Source: Schmidtea polychroa (lineage: Eukaryota). Taken from it: a stretch of DNA of 64,000 nucleotides. The DNA is taken from positions 24,120,001-24,184,000 of the forward strand of contig CM097885.1 of the NCBI GenBank assembly GCA_044892525.1. Reading direction: 5' to 3'. The translations under genes and the position numbers were made by a program. How positions within the stretch are numbered: position 1 is the stretch's first letter; the number at the start of each line of letters is the position of its first letter. Below the pieces are notes generated by a model that was not told where the DNA came from, did not search any database, and was given only the letters and a program-made list of their open reading frames with translations. Below, in pieces: positions 12,677-26,076 of the stretch.

Positions 12677-14686
12677 ATGGTATTTTACCAACATTTTACT
12701 TAATTTTTAAAGTATGTAATTTAATTTTAATTATATTTTAAAATTGTATATATTGTAATGCTTAGTACTTGGTTGTTGTTGGTTGTTAGTACTTAGTAGC
12801 TAGTTAATGGGTAGGTGGGGGTTGAGAGTTAGTTAGTACGTGGTATCTAGTTGTAAGTACTTGGTAGCAGGTAATTGGTTGTTAGTAACTAGTTGTAAGT
12901 ACTTGGTAGCAGGTAACTGGTTGTTAGTAACTAGTTGTAAGTACTTGGTAGGTGGTAGTAGGTACTTGGTTGATGTTTGTTGTAAGTACTTGGTATCTAG
13001 TACCTAGTTGGTTGTTTTTGGTTGTAGGTACTTAGTAGTTGGTTGTAGGTACTTGGTAGGTGGTAACTGGTACCTGGTTGGTTGCTTGTTTTTGGTTGTT
13101 AGTACTTGTTAGGTGGTTGTATTTACTTAGTATCATGTAACTAGTTGTTAGTAACTAGTTGTAGGTATCTGGTTGTTAATACATGTTCGTAAGTTACTGG
13201 TTGTTGGTACTAAGTTGTTGGTTTGTTGTTGAATTATTATTAAAATTTGTCATTGAAAAATATTTCATAAAAATTTCCATTAAAAATTATCTTAAAAATT
13301 TCCATCTAAAATTATCATTGAAAAATATTTCATAAAAATTTCCATTAAAAATTACTTAAAAAATTATTCCATAAAAATTTCCATTAAAAATTAACTTAAA
13401 AAATTATTTCATAAAAATTTCCATTAAAAATTACTTAAAAAATTATTCCATAAAAATTTTCAATAAAAAATTTCAATTCTCAAACACCTTCAACTTTTTG
13501 TTAATAAATTTTAAAATCTTACTTTAATTTACTTATTTAAAATTTTTTACCATTGATTACTTAATTTAAAAATTATTACTTTAATTTACTTATTTAAAAT
13601 TTTTTACCATTGATTACTTAATTCAAAAATTTGAACCTTAATTTACTTTATTTTAATTTTTTAGAACCTTAATTTACTTTAATTTAAAATTTAGAACCTT
13701 AATTTACTTTAATTTAATTTTTAGAACCATTATTTACTGTAATTTAATTTTTTGACCCATAATTTACTGTATTTGAAAAATTTGGACCATAATTTACTGT
13801 AATTTAATTTTTAAGAACTTAAATTTACTTTAATTTAAAAATTTGGACCATTATTTACTTTAATTCAATTTTTAGAACCATAATTTACTTTAATTTAAAT
13901 TTTTGGACCATAATTTACTGTAATTTTAAAATTTGGACCATTATTTACTGTAATTTAATTTTTTAGCACAATAATTTACTGTAATTTAAAAATTTGAACT
14001 ATAATTTACTGTAATTTAATTTTTAGACCCATTACTTACTGTAATTGAAAAATTTGAACCATTATTTACTGTAATTTAATTTTTTAGACCCATAATTTAC
14101 TGTAATTCAAAAATTTGAGCCATAATTTACTGTAATTGAAAAATTTACCAGGTTTTTAGTGTAGACCACCTTTTTCTCAGGACCAAGGAGACTCACCTTA
14201 ATTTAATTCGAAAAATCCATGCTTTTTTATTGATAGTCGGATTTTTGTATTGAAAATATCCTGAGACCTTAAATTACCACGTTTTTTTAGTGTAGACCAT
14301 CTATTTCTCAGGACCAAGGAGACTCACCTCACTATAGTCTGAAAAATCCTTGGCTTTTTTAGTGATAATCGGATTTTTGTATTGAAAATATCCTGAGACC
14401 TTAAATTACCATGCTTTTTTAGTGGTAGTCGGATTTTTGTATTGAAAAATTTTTTTTGTATTGAAAATCCTAGGACCATCGAGACGCCGTCACTATAGTC
14501 TGAAAATTCCATGCTTTTTTAGTGGTAGTCGGATTTTTGTATTGAAAATCCCAGGACCATCGAGACCCCCCTCACTATAGTCTGAAAAATAGCCTAATCA
14601 AAAGTTGCAACAAAAAAAAATCGTGCAACAAAAAAAATATTGCAAACGCGGGGGGGGGGGTTGCAGCGGGCTACTATCTACCTACT

Positions 14687-15095
14687 CACATACTATCAAC
14701 ATCTTTGCTGTTATTTTCTCTTTGGTGAATTCTTTATTCTCAAACAACCTGTCAACAAGGTCCTACACTTTTTTAAAATATGTTTCAATCTCTTCGCCTC
14801 TTCTTTTATAATTCAATAAACTTTCCATATCCTTTATTACGTCCCTTTCGTAATCAAATGCCATTCGTAACCTGGCTTGAAATCCTTCTGCTTTTTTAAC
14901 TGTTTTCGCATATTTCTCCAATAGATCCTCGTCGATCATGCATGCGGTGAATCTTTCTTGTTCTTTTTTATTGATGCCTTTAGCATCGAATTAGATCTTG
15001 GATCTTCTGATGAATTTTTCCAAGTCATCACCTTGACAGAACACTTTTGGCAATAATCTTTCGTTAATCGCGTCGGTGTTTACCGCTGCCACCAT
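14687..15095 (-). pseudogene. gag-like remnant (variant A) with tRNA-Leu PBS
   Basis: MVAAVNTDAINERLLPKVFCQGDDLEKFIRRSKI*FDAKGI...CMIDEDLLEKYAKTVKKAEGFQARLRMAFD, with stops. Copies at ~27547-27961 and ~54873-55281. Confidence 0.7.
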
Positions 15096-15817
15096 ATCAG
15101 GATTCTCATCCGTTTTTAAATCACTAAATAATTCCATGAATTTTCTTTAATAAAAGATATTTCAATTCGGGTAAAGTATACCTATAAAATAAAAATTTAA
15201 TAAAAAAATATTATAATTTAAATGATATATTTTAATAAATGTTTACGCAAAAATTTGCAAATCATTATTATTTATTACAATGAATATTTACAAAATTTAT
15301 TTTACAAATTTTATTTACTAAAAAATAAAAATTTACTAAATTAAAAATATTAACATTTACTTAAATAAAAAATTATATTAAATTTCCTTTAAATTATAAA
15401 AAGGAATCAATACTTACATTGTAAATTTTTATTTCGATTTATTGACATAATTTTTCTCTTTATTCGTATTACCTAAATTATCAATTAATTAAATCAATAA
15501 ATTAAAAATTATGTTTACTTTTTCTTTTCAAATTTCCTTTAATCTTCGATTTCAAATTGTCTTCATTAATATTATGTAACTAAATAAATTATTTAATTAA
15601 TCAATAAATTAAAATTTACCAAATTTCTGAATTTTTTTCTCGGACATTCATAACGTTTTCTATTAGAGAATTCATTTTTAAAGTTAAATATTTGTAAAAT
15701 GTGACTAATGATAGATTAGTAGATAGATAATGATAGATAGATAATGATAGATAGTAGACTGAAGATAATAAACAGGAACAAATTCTAACCAATCAAAATC
15801 AAGGAAAGGTAGGAAAA

Positions 15818-15869
<52 letters not shown>

Positions 15870-18205
15870 CGTTGCGGTATTTAAATTTAAATTTATTTTA
15901 AAAATCCATTTTGACGCTAAAGTCGATTTATATAACAAAGACATAATATACTCATTATTTCCTACAAATATTTCACCCATCAAATACCTACCTAGAGATG
16001 ATATATATTGATTGATCATAATAGCAAACTAAATCACAAATTTCAGTATATCTTACAATAATTTTCAAGTAAATTTGAAGTCCTTGATAAAGTTAACTGG
16101 TTTCTTAGCTTATGTATTTTTAAAAGTTCATCAATGTGTAAATGAAAATATTCTTAGAAAAGTATTGAAAAGATTATTGAGTCAAGTGCAATACAAAGTC
16201 ATCTAAAATTAAACCTATTACTTGATTATTAACTTAACAGTCATTAAAAAAATTAATTTTTTTTTTAAAATTTAGAAAATTATCAAGAAATTCAATTAAT
16301 ATCACCATTAAAACTTTAAATATTTAATCAATCAACATGAAATTCTTAGAAAATATACAAAAAACTACTTAGTCAAATTCAATTACATTACAAAGTCATA
16401 TCCTATCACTTGATAATTAACCTAACTGTCAATAAAAATAATTTTTATTTAAAATTAAAAATCAATCAATAAAAATGCATCCAATTATCAAGAAATTAAT
16501 TAAATTTATCTTAGAACTAACTTTAAATTTTTAAATATTCATTCAATCCACATGAAATTCACGAAAATGATAAAAATTCTCAAAAACCATCAACTCTAAA
16601 AAAAATTACTAATGAATAGACACCAAAATTTATCTAAATAATCTTTCAAATTAATTCATTAAAATTGAAGACAACACGTTGGAATTTGTCATTACATTCA
16701 ATTAAAATTAACTAAATCAAGATATGAACTTTGATAAAAAATATTATTGTAAAATGGTTAGAATTAACACTGTAGTGTTCTTTAAATCTAATTAATTTAG
16801 TCATAATTTTCTTTAATTATTACTACTAATTCTCATCATCTTTCAAAATTTATTACTTAATTTAAAATTGCATCCTTTAATTTTCTTAATTTTAAATTTT
16901 AGCATTCAATTTACCAAAAATTGCATTTAATTACTTTTTTTAAATATATCTCTTATTATTATTTCATAAAAATTCTATTTAAATTTATCATTGAAAATTA
17001 TTTCAAAAAGATTTGCATCTGAAATTGTCAATTCTCATCGTTGATAGTTTTTCAAAATATCTGACAATAAATTATTACTGTAATTTTAAAATTTTTACTT
17101 TAATTTACTTAATTTAAAAGTATTACTATAATTTAAAAATTTTAATTTTAATTTAATTCTAGACCATTGATTACTCAAGTATAAAATTTTAAACCTTAAT
17201 TTACCTATTTATCATTAATTTACTTTAATTTAACCCTTGTTTAAAATATTGACCATTGATTACTTTAATTTAAAAATGTATCCCTTAATTTACATTATTT
17301 CCATCTAAAATTTATTCATAAAAATATTTATATAAAATTGTCATAGAAAAATATTTTATAAAAGTTTTCATTTTAAATTTTCATTTCTCATCAGATGATA
17401 GTTATTCAAAATATCTGACAATAAATTATTAATTTAATTTAAAATTTTACATTAATTTACTTTAATTTAAAATTTTGAACTAAATTACTTTAATTTAAAA
17501 CTTAACCTTAATTCACCTATTTATTTTATTTTACTTAATTTTAAAATTTGGTCCTTAAATTACTAATTTGAACCCTTAATTTACTTAAGTTTAAAAATTT
17601 AGAACTTAATTTAAAATTTTCGACCATAATTAACCTATTTATCATTCATTTACTTTAGTTTAATTTTTGATCCTTGATTAATTCAATATAAAAATTTAGA
17701 CCCTTAATTTAATTTAATTGAAAATATTAGACCTTAATTTGCTTATTTATCCTTAATTTATTTAAGTTTAAAAATATAGACTTTTTTAAATTTACTTTAA
17801 TTTAAAATTTAACCATTAATTTACAAATTGAAAATTTTAGACCTTAATTTACTTAATTGAAAATTTTAGACCATAATTTTCATGTAAAAATGTCATTGAA
17901 AAAATTTATATTGTTAGATAATTTTAAATATATTTCTAGATAATTTTAAATATATTTTAGAATAACTCAGTAATTGGTCTCAATAAGAATTAATTCTCAA
18001 TGAGAATTAAGAAAAAGGAAATAAAAGAAAGAAAGAAATGTATTTTCGGGAAGAAGATTGCAAAGTTCCAGGAGATTGACAAAGACTATCTTATAGTCGA
18101 AAATGTTTTTTCATTAAATACATTATTTACAGCTAAAGGTTTAAATTATCACTTTATTGTTTTAAATAATATTTTGAAAATAATAATAATAATAGTAATA
18201 ATAAC

Positions 18206-18251
<46 letters not shown>

Positions 18252-19585
18252 GTAATAAGATCTTTGTTCTAGTGGAGTCCTGTTTTATGAGTCTTTGTTC
18301 TAAAAATATAGATGATGAATCGTTTGACGAGTCTTTGTTCTAAAAAGGATAAGTCATCGATGAGTCATACAGAAAGGGGGATGTGAAAAAAAAATAAAAC
18401 AGTACCCACATTTAAACGATGAGTCATCGATAAGTCATTGTCTTTGGTAAAGTGTCAGCATTGGCATCGACATGGAGTTCCAATATTCATTATTATATTT
18501 AATATTACTGTTTATATTTCACATTTGTCTGTTATTGAATGAATGTAGAAAGCCTTCTTCTCTATATAGATGACTTGTTAATGAATTCCTAATTAGAAAG
18601 TTTACTCATGTCAAGAGGCTATAATTACTTTGTGAAATAGGCAAAGATTTTTTCTTCATGTTAACATAAATTTAGATTTCAACAACTGATTAATGACAAA
18701 TTGCAAATTATTGACTATTTTCAATTAATATAATCTTATTACATTTCATTAATAAATGTTTTAAGGCAGTACGAATATTAGTAATCAATTAAAAGTTGAG
18801 CAGATCTTTTGTGAATAAAAATTAAAATTCTATAGTCTTTCGTTGTTATTTTAAAATATTTGAATTATTTTCAATTTCACGTGGTGTTTTAAAGTGTTTG
18901 AGTTGATAATTATTCATTTTTGACGAAAATCAATATTTTTGTTAAATTTAGACTTAGACAGAAAATGTTTTTCTACTGATTGTAATTAAATATATTTTTG
19001 AATTTAATACATATAAAAGGTTAATTTATTTAAAAAGCATTTGATAAAATACAATGAAGAATATTTAGTTGATTGTAAATACCTGGTTGTAAGTCTTTAG
19101 TATCTGGTTGTTTGAGAGTTACTTAGTATTTGGTATCTGGTACCTAGTTAGTTGGTTGTTGTTGATTGTTAGAAAATAATCTTTGAAACTAATCTGTTAG
19201 TAGCTAGTTGTTTGTTGGTTGTTAATACATGGTAGCAGCTATCTGGTTGTAAGTTCTTAGTTGTAAGTATTTGGTACTTATTTGTTAGTACCTAGTTAAA
19301 AATCCTTAGCAGCTGATAGTTGGTATTTATTATCTGAATGTAAATAATACCTAGATAGTACATATTTGTTAGTATTTTGGTTGTAGGTATCTGGTTGAAT
19401 TTTAGATTTTGACAAGAATTTAAGAAATATTCTTCTTCCTGAATTAGGAAAAGCTTCTTATAAGCAAATATATGATGATGAATAAATTTTGTATCTTTAT
19501 CACTGTCTTGTTAATTTTTATTTATTATTATAGTTATTTTTTATGTGTTGTTAATAAAGTCTTTAGTTGTTAAGTATTTGGTTGA

Positions 19586-19636
<51 letters not shown>

Positions 19637-21207
19637 ATTATTACTTGCGAAATTTGCATCTAAATTTTCTTTAAAAATTATTTCATAAAAACTTTCATTA
19701 AAGATTTTCATTTCTCAAAAGCTGCCTATCATTCAAACTTTTTGATTATAAAATTAAAATTATTACTTTAATTAACTTATTTAAAAATTTACTTTAATTT
19801 AAAATTTTTATTTATTTTACTTAATTTAAAAATATTACTTAAATTTTTAAAATCTTTGAACAATGATTACGTTTTTTTAAAAATAAAAGCCCATAATTTA
19901 ATTTGATCAATTTTTAGACTCTTAATTTACTTAAAATTAAATTATTCTCATCATCTTTCAAAGTTTATTACTAGTTTTTAAAATTTAGCCCTTCATTTAC
20001 TTATTTACCAAATATAACCCTTATTTACTAATATTTTTAGTAGAAAAAATTAATTGAAATCGATCTTTGAAATTAATTTAATAAAAATTTGTATTAAATT
20101 TTGCCTTTGAAAATTATTTCATAAAACTTTCTATTTAAAATTATCTTACAAAATTATTTCATAAAAAATTTCATTTCTCAACAGCTTGCAATTATTCAAA
20201 CTTTGTCATAATAAATTTAAAATTCTTTCTTTTATTTACTTTCAATATATAAGAAGTTATATTATACAAAGAAATTCAATAGACTGACTGTATTATGGAA
20301 ACACACAAACTTACCTGCGCTTTAAATTTTAATGTTTTAATGAATAAAATCTTTTATATAGAAGGTGAGAAAGTGGTAGAAAAATAAAATTAACACACAA
20401 ATACAGCACATATACACCAAACACCACTGAGATACGTTCTCTATAGTGGTGGTTGGCGTGTAAATTCACTCACCAATTTATTTACCAATTGTAATTGGTT
20501 GTAATTGTAAATCATCTTTGTCAATTTATCATGTCTCATTTATATATTTTGGAAATTTATTTTAGCCATTTTACAAATGGCTTTCAAGTAATTTTTTTTA
20601 TTTAAAGTAAATTTTAAGACTTGAATTCTGATCCATATGAGATATGAGATCATTATTCAAGTTCTTAAATATTACTTTTAATCAACAGTATAATTATATA
20701 TTATTTTAATTAATTTTCAGGGTTTCTAGGAATTTTATGATATTTAGCTCTATTTATTTTAGAATTATTTCAAAAAAATGTGAGTCCGATATATTTTTAA
20801 TTATAGTTAATGAAATAAATCAATCACCTAAAATATTTATTTTTTTAAAACATTTTGGGGAAAATCGATGATTAAAATAATTTTTGTAATTTTTTTTCTG
20901 AGCTCAATATGAGGAGCTTCTTTCAGGAAATCAAATCTGGATTGAAATGATATTGAACCAAATTCATCTGCTCTTAATATTTTCATTAAAAATATAATTT
21001 TAAAAATTTTCAACGATCTTTTTTTTCTAAAAATTGTCAAAAATAAAGTTTATTATAGAAACGTATCTCATCGTTACATTTATACGAATCAAAAATTTGT
21101 ATGTGCTTTTTAGTATGTGTTGCGTTTGTGTGCAGTTTTTAATTTTCCTTCCACTTTTCAGTTTTCTATAATATAAGATGTATCTCACTGAGCTATAAAT
21201 TAGAACA
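14687..21207 (+). repeat. ~6.5-kb direct repeat, copy A
   Basis: Colinear with 27554-33968, from cacatactatcaac to gagctataaattagaaca. Small indels and SNPs. Confidence 0.92.
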
Positions 21208-21251
21208 CCATGTTAGTAATTATTATATTATATTTTTACATAAATTTATTT

Positions 21252-21343
<92 letters not shown>

Positions 21344-21487
21344 TGCAATAACTTAGGGGAAATAGTCAGTATTCATTATTAGTTGATTGAATGTGTTGGA
21401 ATATTATTAGTGTTGGTTTTGAATCCTCGTGCTCTTCTTCAATTTTCAAAATAAGGCTCAAAACATTTTATTAAAGAGGTTTTATAC

Positions 21488-23353
21488 AATAATTTTTATT
21501 TAAAATAAAAAAACCAATCAAGAAAAATGCATCCAATTATCAAGAAATTAATTAAATTTATCTTAGAACTAACTTTAAATTTTTAAATATTCATTCAATC
21601 CACATGAAATTCACGAAAATTATAAAAATTCTCAAAAACCATCAACTCTAAAAAAAATTACTAATGAATAGACACCAAAATTTATCTAAATAATCTTTTA
21701 AATTATTTCATTAAAATTGAAGACAACACGCTGGAATTGATCATTACATTCAATTAAAATTAACTAAATCAAGATATGAACTTTGATAAAAAAATATTTT
21801 TGTAAAATGATTAGAATTAACACTAGTGTTCTTTAAATCTAATTAACTTAGTCATAATTTTCTTTAATTATTACTGCGAATTCTTATCATCTTTCAAAAT
21901 TTCTTACTTAATTTAAAATTGCATCCTTTAATTTACCAAAAATAGCATTTAATTACTTTTTTTTAAATATATCTCTTATTATTATTTCATAAAAAATCTA
22001 TTTAAATTTATCATTTAAAATTATTTCAAAATATTTTGCATCTCAAATTGTCAATTCTCATCGTTGATAGTAAATTGTTGACAATAAAATATTACTGTAA
22101 TTTTAAAATTTTTACTTTAATTTACTTAATTTAAAAGTATTACTATAATTTAAAAATTTTAATTTTAATTAAATTCTAGACCATTGATTACTCAAGTATA
22201 AAATTTTAAACCTTAATTTACCTATTTATCATTAATTTACTTTAATTTAACCCTTTATTTAATTAATTTAGCCCTTGTTTACCAAATATAGAAGTTTTAA
22301 ATATAGACCATTGATTACTTTAATTTAAAAATGTATCCCTTAATTTACATAATTTCCATCTAAAATTTATTCATAAAAATATTTATATAAAATTGTCATA
22401 GAAAAATATTTTATAAGTTTTCATTTTAAAAATTCATTTCTCATCAGATGATAGTTATTCAAAATATCTGACAATAAATTATTAATTTAATTTAAAATTT
22501 TACATTAATTTACTTTACTTTAAAATTTTGAACTTAATTACTTTAATTTAAAACTTAACCTTAATTCACCAATTTAATTTAATTTACTTAATTTTAAAAT
22601 TTGGTCCTTAAATTACTAATTTGAACCCTTAATTTACTTAAGTTTAAAAATTTAGAACTTAATTCAAAATTTTCGACCATAATTTAACTATTTATCATTA
22701 ATTTACTTTAGTTAATTTTAGATCCTTGATTAATTCAATTTAAAAATTTAGACCCTTTATTTAATTTAATTGAAAATTTTAGACTTTAATTTGCTTATTT
22801 ATGCTTAGTTTATTTAAGTTTAAAAATATTGACTTTTTTTAATTTACTTTAATTTAAAATTTAATCATTAATTTACCTAATTGAAAATTTTACACCGTAA
22901 TTTTCATGTAAAAATGTCATTGAAAAAATTTATATTGTTAGATAATTTTACATATATTGTTAGATAATTTTAAATATATTTCTAGATAATTTTAAATATA
23001 TTTTAGAATAACTCAGTAATTGGTCTCAATAAGAATTAATTCTCAATGAGAATTAAGAAAAAGGAAATAAAAGAAAGAAAGAAATGTATTTTCGGGAAGA
23101 AGATTGCAAAGTTCCAGGAGATTGACAAAGACTATCTTATAGTCGAAAATGTTTTTTCATTAAATACATTATTTACAGCTAAAGGTTTAAATTATCACTT
23201 TATTGTTTTAAATAATATTTTGAAAATAATAATAATAACAGTAATAATAATAGTAATAAGATCTTTGTTCTATTGGAGTCCTGTTTTATGAGTCATTGTC
23301 TTTGTTCTAAAAAAGATGAGTCATCGATGAGTCATTGTCTTTGGTAAAGTGTC
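21488..23353 (+). repeat. More diverged partial copy of 16438-18455
   Basis: Colinear AT-rich sequence. ORF 23046-23291 matches 18000-18272. Confidence 0.85.
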
Positions 23354-23625
23354 TATATGTCTTTCTTTAAAAATGATGAGTCATTGACTTTGTTTTGGCG
23401 CGTTTAACTAGTACTTTATATTGTTTTAGAAGTATTGTCCCTTTTTTTTGCATTCCTGTGGATGCTGCTGTGTGAGTTGTATGACTTAAATTGACAATAA
23501 ATTGATTTGAACTGCTATATTCCAAATTATCAGTCGACAAACCTGCACCGCTTCACCATCCGCAGTGCTTGTGTAGAAATATATTTGCCATTTCAGGAGA
23601 CCAATCGAAATCAAGGAAAGAATAG

Positions 23626-23688
<63 letters not shown>

Positions 23689-24019
23689 GTTGTGGTTTTT
23701 TAAAACTTAAATATATTTTACAAACACATTTTAAACGTTAATGTTGACTTATTTAACAAAGACATAATAAAACTAAAATTATTAAATTAAAGATGCAATA
23801 ATTAAACCAAAATACATGACATACAGAATACATTAGATATTTGATGGATAAATCTTCTAGAAAATTATAATTATTCATTGATGTAGTAATCAACAAAAAA
23901 ACAAAATAGAGAAAAATTCAATAATTAAAATAAAACAAGAGTGCAAATAAAATTATATATTGGATTTTTTGGACCGACTTTTATTTTAGATTTTTAAGGA
24001 AGGTGGAGGAAATTGCTAC

Positions 24020-24310
24020 CACAGTTGTGATTTCTAGTCACTATTCTAGTCTGCGGTACAGAAATCACCTGATTTGTATGATGTTCGGTGGTTTATGGAT
24101 GTCCCAGGTAATTTAAACCCTTTTGCTTTAACTGTTTCCTTACTGCCTAAAAGACTATAACATTTCGGGCGTAAGAAAACCCATTCAGAATATCCTAATC
24201 CATTTCACTCATCTTTAAACTTCCCGATGACTGAGTCAAGGTTCCTATTATACAAGGGGTGTGTTGGATCATAGTTCGATGTAACCAATAAATTATCTGA
24301 GATCGTCTGA
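24020..24310 (-). pseudogene. Polinton/Maverick-type protein-primed DNA polymerase B, C-terminal fragment
   Basis: Manual translation (absent from the ORF track): TISDNLLVTSNYDPTHPLYNRNLDSVIGKFKDE*NGLGYSEWVFLRPKCYSLLGSKETVKAKGF, then frameshifted VISVPQTRIVTRNH. Matches the pPolB pattern DTSNY..HPLY...IGKFKDE....F.LRPK.YS....KAKG. Confidence 0.85.
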
Positions 24311-25129
24311 GGTAATAATATTGATAATTTAAGATTTTTTTTTTCGAGAAATGCTAAATATTTTACTCAATTACCTTTTGCTAAATATTATTTTAAATGA
24401 CTAAAAATGACAAAGTTAACCAATAAATTAGTCGCTCAAAATAGGAATATTAACGAAATATATTACATAAATGGAAATATTTCTCACTAAATTACCTAAG
24501 AATTTCTAACTAATATATATGTGCCTTAATTAATATACCGTTGCGACCAATACCTTTACGACAAATACCGATAGGGGGACAAAATATCTTTGCGGATAAA
24601 TATATATATATATATATAAAAGAACTTACAATATGCTATGATCTTTATTGATTAATTTGTTATATATATCAAGAGACTGATATTCATAAATTAACTAAAA
24701 TTACTCAAATATATTATATTACCTAAATGTTTTTACTTAATGATACATTAAATGATCTTGTTTTTTTAATATACCTATGAGTCAATTTCTAAAATAATCA
24801 TGTTATTTTATCATGCATTATTTGAATATAAATTTGCTGAATGTGAAATGAACAAGTTTCTTGTTAAATTTCGTAAGAATTTAATAATTAATGATATTTT
24901 GCAGAAAGGTATATAAAATCTCTATGAATGTTTTCGTCAAAATAAATTAGTTCCTAAAAAACTCACAAAGAATTGCCCTATAAATTTTATTCGAAACTAC
25001 CCCCAATTAAATGTTTTGTTGTTTTATTATTTTCACAAGTTTATTATTATTATTTTTTTAAATCGGCATTAATTGAGAAGGAGATTTCGATTTCCACTTG
25101 TCTCATTGGAAAACCTTATAAAATAGGAC

Positions 25130-25617
<488 letters not shown>

Positions 25618-26076
25618 ATATACCGAATTTTATGTCTGGTACAAATATTGTGGATTAAATTTATTTTAAAAATTGAGACATCCGAACTCAGATATAAGAG
25701 AAGTAAAAATTAAAAAAATATAAAACAAAAATAAAATAATATTCAGAGTAAATATAAAAGTCAAATTAAAAATCTAAATTTATTATAATTTATAACAATT
25801 AAAATTTTGGTAAAATAGTTTTGACATTTTTGTGCAGAATCTAAGTAGAAATTATATGAATTAAAATATAACAATATAAACTTTCAATTATTTATCGTTA
25901 AAACAAATTAAATAAAATTAAATCTGTGGCTGTTTTTTATGGGAAGTAATGAAGAAGTAATTAAAATTTTGTATTCTTAGTATAAATAAATAAAATAACA
26001 GGAAACAAATAAAATAATAATCAATGTAAATATAAAAGTCAAATTATAAATCTAAATTTATTACATTTTATAAATA

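Larger units (their letters stand above)
5037..14686. mobile_element. Non-autonomous foldback element with ~1.8-kb inverted arms, probably Polinton/Maverick-derived
   Basis: 5037-6822 is the near-perfect reverse complement of 12756-14542 (the same 62-aa ORF appears on both strands). The right arm extends to 14686, reading inward 5'-AGTAGGTAGATAGTAGCCCGCTGCAAC(C)n. The left arm lacks this ~144-bp terminus. No intact internal ORF. Confidence 0.65.
1..23784 (+). repeat. Segmental tandem duplication, copy 1 (unit ~40.09 kb)
   Basis: Position 1 (cgcaatattacttcttttaccgaagg) recurs at 40091. ORFs recur at offsets of 40090-40182. The window end matches 23784. Confidence 0.97.

Noticed and set aside
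15705..16019. ORFs with YIYIYI tracts (also 15820, 23507, 28622, 55956, 63683) and poly-Ile ORF 25455
   Set aside because: Microsatellite read-through. Frames differ among copies.
18000..18272. MRIKKKEIKERKK ORF with a poly-Ile tail resembling a membrane protein
   Set aside because: The tail is an (AAT)n microsatellite. Copies at ~30715 and ~25130-25460 are truncated or disrupted.
23480..23560. THAP-like start MVKRCRFVD on the minus strand
   Set aside because: Followed immediately by stops, with no downstream THAP motifs recognisable.
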